A stretch of 64,000 nucleotides of DNA from Octopus vulgaris (lineage: Eukaryota): NCBI GenBank assembly GCA_951406725.2, contig OX597827.1, forward strand, positions 51,708,001 through 51,772,000, given 5' to 3'. A model generated the notes under the pieces. That model did not search any database. It was not told the origin of the DNA and was given only the letters and a program-made list of their open reading frames with translations. This document shows positions 52,880 to 64,000 of the stretch, one piece after another. The position numbers and the translations under genes were made by a program. Positions within the stretch are counted from its first letter, which is position 1; each line of letters starts with the position of its first letter.

Positions 52880-53310
52880 AGCTTTGGTGAGATCCACAAT
52901 GGAGTACTGGTCCCATGTCTAGGACTTTGCTACTACTACACACACAAACATCTTAGATCTCATCCACATAAAGGCCTGTCAAAGGATTGACTTGACCCGG
53001 CACACTCCAACCTCTGACTCGCATGTGTACTGTCTTCTCTTTCTCTACCACTACTCTTCAGTAGTTTCTACTCCTCAGTGTTGTCTGGTCTTGTACCACC
53101 TCCACTCAGACTCACCCGACTTGGTTTTTCTTCTTCTCATCATCCATATTGTATCTACTCTACCCCACTATGTTGTGTGCTAACTTCTATACTTAGTCCT
53201 TCCTCCTCAAAATATCCACTCTCTGGAATTCTCCCCTTGTACATTTTTTTTCTTGCAGTTGTTAACTTCCATCTTTTTAAGAGGAATGTTAACTGCATTG
53301 ATTTCACTGT
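52880..53310 (+). mobile_element. Decayed 3' end of a CR1/L2-group LINE
   Basis: Fragments MEYWSHV, TRL....HPY and FKRNVN across frames. Confidence 0.45.
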
Positions 53311-53899
53311 TTTTGATCATGCAAATTACATGGGTTCAACACCTTTCCTCTGGACCAAACTAATTACAATAAATATCCTTGAGTATTCCAAGAATTTTGT
53401 CCAAGTTCAATACATGGTACAGCAAGGCTTTCATTTATTCGTCACTTATATCATTCTAGCTTCTGGCATGTAGTTTTGTCTCTTTAGATGCAATTTAGTA
53501 CAAATATAGAAAAAAAAGTATACTGTTTCTGTCTTATCTCTCTCTACTTTTTAAGTGGGTCCTTTTAAGTGTTGGTCCTGAAAACTTGAAAATATGGCAT
53601 AACATTCATTTATTCCACTTTGGTAGACAGATATCTTCTTTGTTAGTATTTCTCACCACTAATGACATCATAAGTACTCAATCTCTAAAACTGAAATATT
53701 TTCACTTTGTACTTTCACATTGTACACCCAATATCTTAAGAGCAACAAAAACTGTTTATATCTGGTATTACATGCTGCTAATCATGTAGTAGGCATAATT
53801 TCAAAAGAATGATGTGTGAAACTATTCACTGAAATTAGCTATTATATACTAAAATTGCATGGCAAAAGTCACAAGTAACAATTGTAAAATGATCATTGA

Positions 53900-53946
<47 letters not shown>

Positions 53947-54038
53947 ATAGTAGTACCAGCAGCAGCTGTTGGTGTTGTTGTTGTTGTAACTTATGTTTAT
54001 TGTAGTATATGATTCACATGATGATGTTTAACTTGCAG

Positions 54039-54143
54039 GTTGGTGGTTGGTGAACAAAAACTCTGAACAAGGCTATGTTCCTGGAAACTATCTGAAGCGA
54101 GGTGACAGCTTGAAAGATTCCAGGACTCTGGCAGACAACTGTG
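54039..54143 (+). CDS. SH3PXD2A: SH3PXD2-like exon, C-half of SH3 #1
   Basis: ttgcag|GT...TGTG|gtaagg; 105 nt, phase 1/1. Translates GWWLVNKNSEQGYVPGNYLKRGDSLKDSRTLADNC. Confidence 0.94.
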
Positions 54144-54238
54144 GTAAGGCTGTGTAAAGATGTGGAATATGTTTATGTGTGTATTAGTTTGTGCATAAAT
54201 AGGTTTAGGTATGTGTATGTGTATGTGTGTATATATAT

Positions 54239-54480
54239 ATCATCATCATCATCATCATCGTTTAACGTCCGTTTTCCGCGCTAGCACGGGTTGGACGGTT
54301 TGACCGGGGTCTGGGAAACCAGGAGGCTGCACCAGGCTCCAGTCTGATCTGGCAGTGTTTCTACAGCTGGATGCGCTTCCTAACGCCAACCACTCTGCGA
54401 GTGTAGTGGGTGCTTTTTACGTGCCACTGGCATGGAAGACAGTCAAGGTGACACTGGCATAGTCAAGGCGGCGCTGGCAT
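54239..54480 (-). mobile_element. RTE 3'-end copy
   Basis: (cat)n plus the reverse-complement motif; an opposite-orientation older copy lies at about 54730-54968. Confidence 0.85.
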
Positions 54481-56589
54481 AAAACTGAATATATATATAT
54501 GCATTTAAAAAAAGATTTATTGGTTAGTTAAAGTATGAGAGCAGAAACCCCAAGAACTTTGTAGAACTTTCCTGATGGATAAGATTGATGAAGATGATGT
54601 ACAATGATGTCTACAGCAGAGAATTCCAAACCTTATGAAGGAGATGACAGAGGATCAATATATGTGGCGCATAGCTGTACTCTGACCTCCACAACAGAAC
54701 TGAGATCCTAAAACCAAGGTGTCATTTAAAAAGCATTGGTGTGAGTGCTGGTGCCACATAAACAGCACTGGTGATGATGCCACATATAAAGCACTCAGTT
54801 CACTGTGGAGTGGTTTGGCATTAGGAAGGCATCCAGTCATAGAAACCAAACCAAGACAAACACTGGAGCCTGGTGTAGCCTCTGGCTTTATCAGTTCCTG
54901 TCAAGCTGTCCAACCCATGCCAACATAGAAAATGGTTATTAAATGTTGATGATTATGATAATGATGATGCAGGTTCTGGGCAAATGCTTGGAGGTATTCC
55001 TTGGTTTTTTGATAGACCCCTTGCAGATGTGGCAGGGGTGAGTAAAGTAAATGTCTCTTAGTAGTAGTGAACTGTGTACTGCTACATGTTTGGAAATGAA
55101 CCACTTGAAGTGTTAGACTTTTTGTTGAGTGAGGGAAGTGGAAGGCTGTATTTTGAAGGATTGGTTTTTTTTTTTTAAATCTTAGTCAGAGGAGTAAGGT
55201 AGAAGTTATTTTCAGACCAGACCTTGAAACAATTACTTGCAGGAAAATATACTCCACTTAAAGCATTCAAGATTTGAGATTATGGGATCAGTCACCCACT
55301 TGTTTATCTTAGAAGAGTCTGACAGAAAGATCAGTTACTGACTTGAATTATCAGAGAGGAGTATGGGTTAGTAGATGCTGTGTAGTATGAAGATAGGAAG
55401 TGTGTTGTCTTGATTAAGCAGTAGTTAGATAACCTGATGAGTAAAGATATGGTGATGGTTGAATAAAATCTGGATTTGGAAGTGCAGAAGAATTTGAGGA
55501 CATTTCAGTGGTCATAAAGTAAATCAATGCAGATATTTCAGAATAGGAAAAAGGATTTTACCTTCTGCACCAGTGTGTTGTTTGTGTATAGTTTCATGTA
55601 TTTGAGTGTAGGATTGTATATGTATGTGTGTGTGTGTGTGTGTTTGTGTATGTGTGTGTGTATGTGTGTATGTGTGTGTGTGTGTGTTTTAGTACAAAGT
55701 TTTAATGAGTTAGGATTTGTGCATAAGCAATGTAATAACTATTTATGCTTTGTGCATTGTGATGTGTGTGAATAGATTTTGTTGTGCATTTATGCATCTG
55801 TAAAATGTGTGTACATGGGATGGTGTGTGTTGTTGCATAGCCTAGTCAAACTTGCTGAGCAAACCTATGACCAGTAAGTAGTCAATAGAACAAGGTGTAA
55901 TTCGGGGATCTATTTGTTGCACATATTCCACAGCTGCACCTTACTGAGGATTATACTGCACATTCCGACATGTTATGGTTACTCACATGGAATGCAGTGT
56001 GACATTCTTGACATGTTATAGTCTCCCTTCTGTCCAAGCTATTTCTGTATGGCTTGAGATGCTATAGATGGTCAATATGGAGGTGAACAAAGTAGGCTCA
56101 GTGCACAACAGTTATTTTTCCTCTGCACATATCATTAATACTGTGCATTACTGCTGCTAATGAAGCCATTGATGTTGCAGCTATTTCTGTGTAATGTGTA
56201 TTTTTTATTTATGAGTGAAAAATGGTGTTTGAGGACGTTTTAAATGTGTCTGGGTATTTAGAGATGATTGTAATGTAAGGGATCTTGAAGGATAGAATTG
56301 CTGTGGAAACAAACTGTGCCCCATCATATATCAAAGTAATCTTTCATTTTTAATATTTTTGCTTTGCTGTTTGTCTCTTCTGTGTGCAACCTGTGACTAT
56401 GTAAGATGAACTGTTTTGTTTTCTTTGTTGTGTGTTGTGGAAAGAGTGTAAAACTAGGAAGAGATGGCATAACTCCTGGTGGATCTAATATATTGTTTGC
56501 AGAGTAATGTTATTGTTTCTTTTTGTTAACCAGATACAGTATTTATGAGTTCTAAATGTTTGTGCATTTGTATGAGCCTATTTATGCTG

Positions 56590-57298
56590 CTCAGTGTGAT
56601 GATTGCAGGACCTAGGTATCTTGGTGGATTCTTCCTTTTCGCCTTCGGCCCAATACGTCCATGCTGCCAACAAAGCACGCGGAGTTCTGTTTTTGATTTG
56701 ACGGTCATTCGGAATGCTCACAGCAGCCATATTCCTACCGCTCTATGTCACACTGGTGAGACCCATATTGGAGTACGGGATTCAAGCCTCTTCTCCTTAT
56801 CTCCTCAAAGACATACATCATCTCGAAAGAGTCCAGAAGCTGGCTACCCACATGGTTCTTGGTCTCAAGCATTTGTCTTATGAAGAAAGGCTGAAGACAC
56901 TCAACCTTTATTCTCTAGAAAAACAACGACGCCGTAGTGATCTCATTCTCGCTCACAACATCATAAGCAGAAAGTGTAACTTCTCGAAAGAGCTGTTCTT
57001 CACTCCTGCTCCAGAGTGTCGGCTGCGGGGTCACTCCGAAAAGCTCTATCTGCGACGATTTCATCTCAATTGAAGGGAAGGGGCTTTCTCCGTCCGCGTT
57101 GTGGATCCGTGGAATAAGCTGCCAGACAAGATAGTGAAGATGCCAATGACCGCTGGGTTCAAAGTCTCTCTTGACCAGAAATGGCCTGAACTCTTTGCAT
57201 GAACACCCTCCCTGTACATAACTCCATGTCCCCCTACATGGCCTTGCTTTTTGCTTTTTGAGCCAAAAAATTAACTTAACTTAACGTAACTTAACTTA
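56590..57298 (+). mobile_element. CR1-clade LINE 3' fragment with (TTAAC)n tail
   Basis: LYVTLVRPILEY, LERVQKLAT, LSYEERLKTLNLYSLE, RLRGHSEKL and FSVRVVDPWNKLP. Confidence 0.92.
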
Positions 57299-57799
57299 TT
57301 TGATGTTGGTGGTGAGAAGGGAGACTCTGGGTTTGGAAGATACTTTCAGACTGTTTATTTGGAGCTAGTGTCTAGGTAGTAGATGTAGTTTTGAGGAATT
57401 GTGCAGTTGTATCTGAAGAATGGCAGGATGAGGTAATTGTGATCCCATATGTTTATGAGGCTGTGTGTATGTTGTTTTAGTTTGGCAGCATGTCAACCTT
57501 GATCAAGTTGATCTATGATCAATGACTTCTCAGCTATGACCCTCCCATCTTCAGTTATAATAAATCTATGACTTCATTAGCCAATGTGCCCTTCTTTGTT
57601 TAAGATGTCTACTAATTTTTTAAATGATTTCAGTTGATCAAAGTTTTTCAACTCACTATATCATGTCTACCATACTTTTATTTAATGTGCAGAGCGTTCC
57701 CCTGACCTATTTTCTTTTTATTGTTGATAGACTTAAAAAATAGTCTATTAACCTGTATTTTGTGCTGTTTCTTAAAGGATCTTTGGTATTTTATGTATA

Positions 57800-58060
57800 G
57801 GTGAGTAACAACAAATAAAGTGAAAGAATTTGCTAAAATTAGTGTAGATGTTGTATGTTGTTTGTTCATTATTGTCAAAGCTACAAGGTATTATTTGTGT
57901 AAGGTTTATGTATAGTGTGGTAGTTGTGTGTAGTGATCTAAATCCATACTGTGAGGCAGTGAGTAGAATGCATAGGTTGGTAATGTCAAGGATGAATCTG
58001 TGAATTTTGACATGTGAAAACTTGTTTGTTGTTGAGCAATCATTAAACAACTGAGTATCA
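57800..58060 (-). mobile_element. Old LINE RT fragment
   Basis: SQYGFRSLHTTTTL...NFSKFF corresponds to QxGFR..HST...DFSKAF. Further decayed pieces probably lie at about 55000-56340. Confidence 0.55.
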
Positions 58061-58107
58061 GTTGTTACCATTAAGCTGATACTCAAGTTGATGTACCTCT
58101 ATTGTAG

Positions 58108-58225
58108 GAGAGAAATATGTCTGTATAGAAGCATTTGAACCTGAGGGTCCTGATGACCATTCCTTGAGAGTTGGGGTCATAGTGGAGCTCATCCAGAAGA
58201 ATCTCGATGGATGGTGGTGGGTCAG
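58108..58225 (+). CDS. SH3PXD2A: SH3PXD2-like exon, SH3 #2
   Basis: ttgtag|GA...GTCAG|gtgagt; 118 nt, phase 1/2. Translates GEKYVCIEAFEPEGPDDHSLRVGVIVELIQKNLDGWWWV(S). Confidence 0.94.
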
Positions 58226-58490
58226 GTGAGTGCTAGCAAGGAAAACATAAAATGATTTATATTTATATTTTTTATTATAAATGGTCATCATCATTATTAA
58301 AATTGATTTTGTCATTGTTTTAATATCCATTTTTAATGTGCTGACATGAATAAAAGTTTGCTAAATGTCATATTATCACTCATAATTCTTTGTCATCTTT
58401 TCCATTAAGCTGAGATCTTCCCATATCTTATTTAATCTTTCTGTGCTACTGGTGCTTCCTACTGTCAGCACTCATTTACATCATATAATA

Positions 58491-58890
58491 CCTATTTCTT
58501 TACTACCCACAAGGGGCTAAACACAGAGAGGACAAACAAGGATAGACAAACGGATTAAGTCGATTATATCGACCCCGGTGCATAACTGGTACTTATTTAA
58601 TCAACCTCGAAAGGATGAAAGGCAAAGTCAACCTCGGCAGAATTTGAGCTCAGAACGTAGTGGTAGATGAAATACCTATTTCTTTACTACCCACAAGGGG
58701 CTAAACACAGAGAGGACAAACAAGGACAGACAAACGGATTAAGTCGATTACATCGACCCTAGTGCGTAACTGGTGCTTAATTTATCAACCCTGAAAGGAT
58801 GAAAGGCAAAGTTGACCTCGGCAGAATTTGAACTCAGAACATAGCGGCAGACGAAATACCGCTAAGCATTTCGCCCGGTGTGCTAATGTT
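58491..58890 (-). mobile_element. SINE family B dimer within a single TSD
   Basis: Two tandem bodies; duplication tttacatcatataatacc at 58475-58492 and 58889-58906. Confidence 0.85.
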
Positions 58891-59277
58891 TACATCATAT
58901 AATACCAGTGCATATGTGTTTCCTGCATACACAACTGCCCTCATTGTTCACTTGTAATCTGCTATTTATATAAAAACCAACAATGCACATATAAGTTATA
59001 TTTGATTAATTTTTCTTTGTCCTCCTTAGCATCATGCAACAAGACATTTATTTACTTATTTATAAATTGTTTATTAGATCAAGTTTTTCCACAGTGTTCT
59101 AAAGCAGTTGCTGGATATAAGCCTGATCTTCCCAACTGTTAACTATTTGATTATGAAGTGGCATGGATGACACTTGTCTCTGGCTGACTGGAAAACAAGC
59201 AAAGTAATGGGTTTTGTCCATGGATGCAATACAGTGGGCTGTAGCAAAGTTTGGATTTATTACTATGTAATTATATT

Positions 59278-60167
59278 CGAGGGGGTACCCAAAAGTAACT
59301 GAAAACGTTCACTGTGGGACAAGCCCGTTGTAATTCAGGTTTCTGCTGCTAAAAGCCACTTGATGCAACCCTCAGATAGATATCAGTATGCTGACCAGCA
59401 GCATCAAGTAAAGTTGTACTGCCATGTGGTGTGTCTTTGCTTTGCAGTGCTTCTCCCCTGTTTGTCAATTTTTGAGATGACTGAAATGGGGAAACAGTGT
59501 GCTTTTGTGAAATTCTGTTTTCTGCTGAGAAAACAGCAGCCGAAACAGTTGTCATGCTTCTAACAGCTTACAAGGATGCTGCCATGAGCAAAACAAGTTT
59601 ACAAGTGGTTTTCACACTTTAGGGATGGTCACTTGTTGCTTGAAGACCAACCTCATTTAGGCATCTATCAACCTCCCAAATGAATGAAAACATATTGAAA
59701 ATTCACAAACTGATCTTGGAGGACCATCACCAAATAGTGGGTTTGTTCTGAAGCTCCTGCCAACGAATTTTGAACAAGGAATTGCGAATGAAAAAAGTTG
59801 CAGCAAAATTTGTGCCTCACTTGCTCATGGAAGATCAAAAGCAGTCACAACTGAATATGTGTCATGAGCTGAAAGAACAGTTGGAAACTGATCTGAACCT
59901 TTTTTCGAAGGTCATCACTGGTGACGAAAGCTGGTGCTACGGGACTTTGCAGATGTGGAAGAGGTGAAGAAAAAAATGATGGAGGCATTAAAAGGCATCA
60001 CTTCACAAGAGTTCCAGCACCGATTCAAACAATGGAAAATGTCTGGACCAATGCATTGCTTCAAATGGAGAATACTTTAAAGATGATAAAAGTATAAACA
60101 TGTAAAACCAAGTGAATAGAATAATATTACAAAAAAATTCCAGTTTCTTCTTTTGGGTACCCCCTCA
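59278..60167 (+). mobile_element. Internally deleted mariner transposon
   Basis: TIR gagggggtacccaaaag / cttttgggtaccccctc. Remnants KFCFLL, KKVAAKFVPHLL, KVITGDESWCY and C-terminal CIASNGEYF. Confidence 0.9.
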
Positions 60168-60432
60168 TAGTCTATGTATTTAAGCTCACTCTCTCCTTTA
60201 GCCTCTCTTTCTCTCAGCAAGCAGTGCATATTTAGTCTATCAGTCATCCCTAAGTTTTTATCATCTGTTCTGTCATCACAATATGATTTGATTTGAATTG
60301 TGTAATCCCATTTAATAAATACAGAGTCACCCAAATCCATCAGGGCAACAAAATTACAATTAGGTCTTTGATGGACCACAAATGATGCATGTGATTGAAT
60401 TTCAGGCAGGTATATAGAGACAGTGGACTTCA

Positions 60433-60670
60433 ATACCTATTTCTTTATTGCCCACAAGGGGCTAAACAGAGAGGGGACAAACAAGGACAGACAAACAGAT
60501 TAAGTCAATTACATCAACCCCAGTGCGTAACTGGTACTTAATTTATTGATCCCGAAAGGATGAAAGGCAAAGTCGACCTCAGCGGAATTTGAACTCAGAA
60601 TGTAATGGCAGACAAAATACGGCTATGCATTTCACCCAGCGTGCTAATGTTTCTGCCAGCTCGCCGCCTT
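60433..60670 (-). mobile_element. SINE family B with TSD
   Basis: gtggacttcaRtaccta on both sides. Confidence 0.85.
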
Positions 60671-61653
60671 GTGGACTTCAGTACCTACTACAGTGTCCTG
60701 TTGCAGAAAGGGTGGAATGTTGCAAGATGACAATAACTGCTGCTGAGACATTGCTAATAGTGAGTAGTTTGTGGGAGGAGCTAACTGCATAGTTTGGGTG
60801 GTCTACTCTACAAACTCTATGGATGTATACCAGACTTGTTCAACCCTGTCTTGGTAGACTAAACATTCCCTGTTGTGTTAGCTTGGATGTCGTGACAAAG
60901 GTAGACACAAGCAAAGTTATGATAATTTCTACATCATAACTCTGTTGAAAGAAAAATGTAAGATTTGGCCAAGTTGTACATAGAAAGGTGAAAACTTGTC
61001 CCTCATAATGTGGTTGGGAGTGCATTGACCTGTGTGATTCCCAACAGCTTTCATCTAATAAGATATAAGATTAATAGGGTGGTTAATAAACCAGGCCTTA
61101 GGGGAGAGTTTTGTAACTAATCCTTGTAATCTCCACCTATCCATTTCTGTTAGGGCAAATAAGAAAAAGAAATTACTGCTGCTGTTGTTGTTGGTATTAT
61201 TATAAAAGAGTAGATTGGGAGAATTGTTAAAGTATTAAACAAAATACTTAGCAACATTTTCTTTCAGCTTTTTACATTTTGAGTTCAAATTTCACTGTGG
61301 TTTCCTTTGCTTTTTAAAATGGATATATTTTATAATGTTAAAAATTTTATGATGGAGGTCAAGAAAAAAGGTAGCAGCCTTGCATCATGGTCAATATAAT
61401 CAATTATTCCCAAACTTATGGCTTTCTATTGTTGTAAAAAATCGTTATTGTACAAAATACCCCATATTTGATAAAAAAATATGTAATGACCATCTTGATA
61501 ACATGCATACTTAGACATCAATTATATTCAATGCTAATTGGTAGACATTTCTGAGAAGCATATTTTTTCTATTGTAACAGTGAACTGTATTCCATTTTGT
61601 ATCTACTCGAAATAAATAATAATGATTTTTCTTTTTCTTATGTCTTTTCATAG

Positions 61654-62005
61654 CATCAATGAGAAAGCTGGTTGGGCTCCTGCCACATGCCTTCAGTTGG
61701 CTGAAAGAAATGTCCAAGACAGACTGGATAATCTTGCCTCCGGAGCTGTAGAAACAGTCAACAACTTATCTGATGTGAGCAATTTGCTCAAAGGTCCAGT
61801 GACTAGTGTTGGTGATAGCCACATTATTTCTGTTGATATGGATGCTAAACCAAATATCCCAAGTAACCAAGATGACTTTGAAAGTGATGAGTTTTCTGAT
61901 GACAATGATGATTCTGATGAGAATGATAGCCATTACAGCCGTATCTATGCTCCAGCTCCAAAACGCAGAAATACTTTCAAGGACATGAAAACTGCTTCAG
62001 CTAAG
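61654..62005 (+). CDS. SH3PXD2A: SH3PXD2-like exon, end of SH3 #2 plus acidic linker
   Basis: tcatag|C...GCTAAG|gtaatt; 352 nt, phase 2/0. Translates INEKAGWAPATCL...VETVNNLSDVSNLLK (compare Tks EIIGNIMEISNLLNK)...APKRRNTFKDMKTASAK. Confidence 0.9.
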
Positions 62006-63469
62006 GTAATTCAGTATGTGTGTTTATTAAAGTGTATGATTACCAACTAATATATCTTTGTTACCAGTATCAATGGCCAAGGCATTTTAATTCTCACTCT
62101 CTCAAAATGCATAGATTTGAGTAGTTAGAGATAGATGTTGTTTCAACTCAAACTACCGTGTAGAGGTCTCTTTTGTTGGCTCATACACATATACATACAT
62201 AACAGGAAGATGTGATATGAAGGAGATTTAACTATTTTGATCATATCTATCATGTAGAGGTCTCCTTTCTTAAATTATAAATAAATATGTACAGACATAA
62301 GACAGTAGGTATGGTTTGAGGATTTGGCTGCTATTTCTACTAGGTCTTGCTACAGTTCCTCACTAGATAGTCCCTCATTGGCTCACATGCACACACACAC
62401 ACACACACAAAAATATATTTGCTAACAAGATGATTCAGCTTCACATCACTTAAAGTTTCATGGGTTCTGAACACATCCATACCAAATGTTTGCAATCAGA
62501 TGGGCAGTTTCACCATGGCATATGAGGAAATTACCTGTAGAGGTGATTTTGGGCTGACACAAGAGTGGGATGGGTTTGATGTATTTTTTGTGGGATGTAA
62601 GGATGGGAAAAAGTGCCACTTTAAACATCATGTATTGGTGTGTAGGTACGAGTGTATGTGCAGGTTTGTATGTAATAAAGTGGGGTGCAGCAAACCTTGC
62701 ACCAAATCCTTGGATGGTGACGAGGAGATATTCTGATTTTGGAAGCTCTAATATTTATTATTTATGATGAAGTTCATCAGTATCCAGTTTGGCTGCCAAT
62801 TTGTGCTCATGAGGGCAGAGAACTATATACCCATAAATATATATATGCACATACATAGGTAAATATATACACATATTTATATAACATACACATGTGTTGT
62901 AGCATAGAAGAAGCCTTTTTTTTTACGTAAAAGAAATTCTTTGAAAATTACCATGCATCTTCCATGATGCAAGTTGAAAAACTTTTAGCAGTGTTCTTAG
63001 AGTCAAATAAAATCAGCCCCTTACAAAGATTTACTATTTGTAATATAGATAAAATCAAAAGACAAAGAATGTATACACAACCAATTGTATACATAAAAAA
63101 GGAGTATTATTTTCAAGCTTTCTGTGGTTGCAAATGTATACCTGTGTACATTTTGAAGAATTGAAAAATTCCACCTATACCTGATTAACTTGTAGATACC
63201 CTTTCCAGTCCAGCATTATAATTTAAAGTCTAAGGGAGACTTTATCTCTCCATATTCTGAAAAAGTGGGACTGTATTATACAAGTTTCCAGTTCTGTTAG
63301 ACTTCCATCAGAAAAAGAACACTCATGTTCTGTCCACTGCAAGATTAGTAACTTATAGCTATTTTTAGTGTACGCAGTCTTGGACTTGGCTAAGGTAGTT
63401 GATCATATGAACTCCAGTACTATTTCAAAATTGTACTAAATTTTATTGATCTCTTTTCATTGACACAGT

Positions 63470-63860
63470 TAGCACTCCAGGTGAAATGCTTAGCGGTATT
63501 TCGTCTGTCTTTACGTTCTGAGTTCAAATTCCGCCAAGGTTGACTTTGCCTTTCATCCTTTCGGGGTCGATTAAATAAGTACCAGTTATGCACTGCGGTT
63601 GATATAATCGACTTTATCCGTTTGTCTGTCCTTGTTTGTCCTCTCTGTGTTTAGCCCCTTGTGGGTAGTAAAGAAATAAGTGAAATGTTTAGTGGCATTT
63701 CATCTGTCTTTATGTTTTGAGTTAAAATTCCAAGGTCAACTTTGCCTTTTGTCCTTTAGGGGTCACTAAAATAAGTACCTGTTGAGCACTGGGTCAATTT
63801 AATTAACATAGCCCCTCTCCCCAAACTGCTGGCCTTGTGCCAAAATTTGAAACCAGTATT
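63470..63860 (+). mobile_element. SINE family B copy followed by a related SINE
   Basis: Plus-orientation match to 20058-20286 and to the 17040-type tail. Confidence 0.8.
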
Positions 63861-64000
63861 AGAAAGTTAGAAAGAAACATCTAATGACATAATTAGCAGC
63901 AACTGAATAAAATCTATTTTAGCAAACTACTACTGTCTTATAAAATACTTTAAACCAATGCTAACCCAAGAAAACTTGTTAAAATTAATTGAACTTAGAG

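Overview
AT-rich, microsatellite- and transposon-dense animal genomic DNA. The SINE/LINE families look like those of an octopus-type coleoid cephalopod; this is inferred from recognition of the repeats, not from a search. The whole window lies inside one plus-strand gene, an SH3PXD2/Tks4-Tks5-like scaffold (PX domain followed by tandem SH3 domains). Eight exons with canonical AG/GT sites and matching phases can be read: 643-723, 22180-22255, 25270-25346, 25643-25737, 51023-51165, 54039-54143, 58108-58225 and 61654-62005. The first exon and the 3' exons lie outside the window. The introns hold Tigger/pogo, Tc1, mariner, piggyBac and Helitron derivatives, RTE, CR1, CRE-like, HERO-like and Penelope retroelement relics, an ORF1-only (HAL1-like) element and many SINEs. 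The most notable observation is an intact 170-codon, very basic ORF at 34661-35172. It ends in a phase-2 donor that would splice in frame onto the first SH3 exon, so it is a candidate PX-less isoform with a new N-terminus. Other points of interest are several intronic foldbacks and templated inverted duplications (potential dsRNA), a piggyBac deletion derivative with an intact mini-ORF, and candidate retroelement-associated RNA structures. Most ORF-track entries are microsatellite artefacts.
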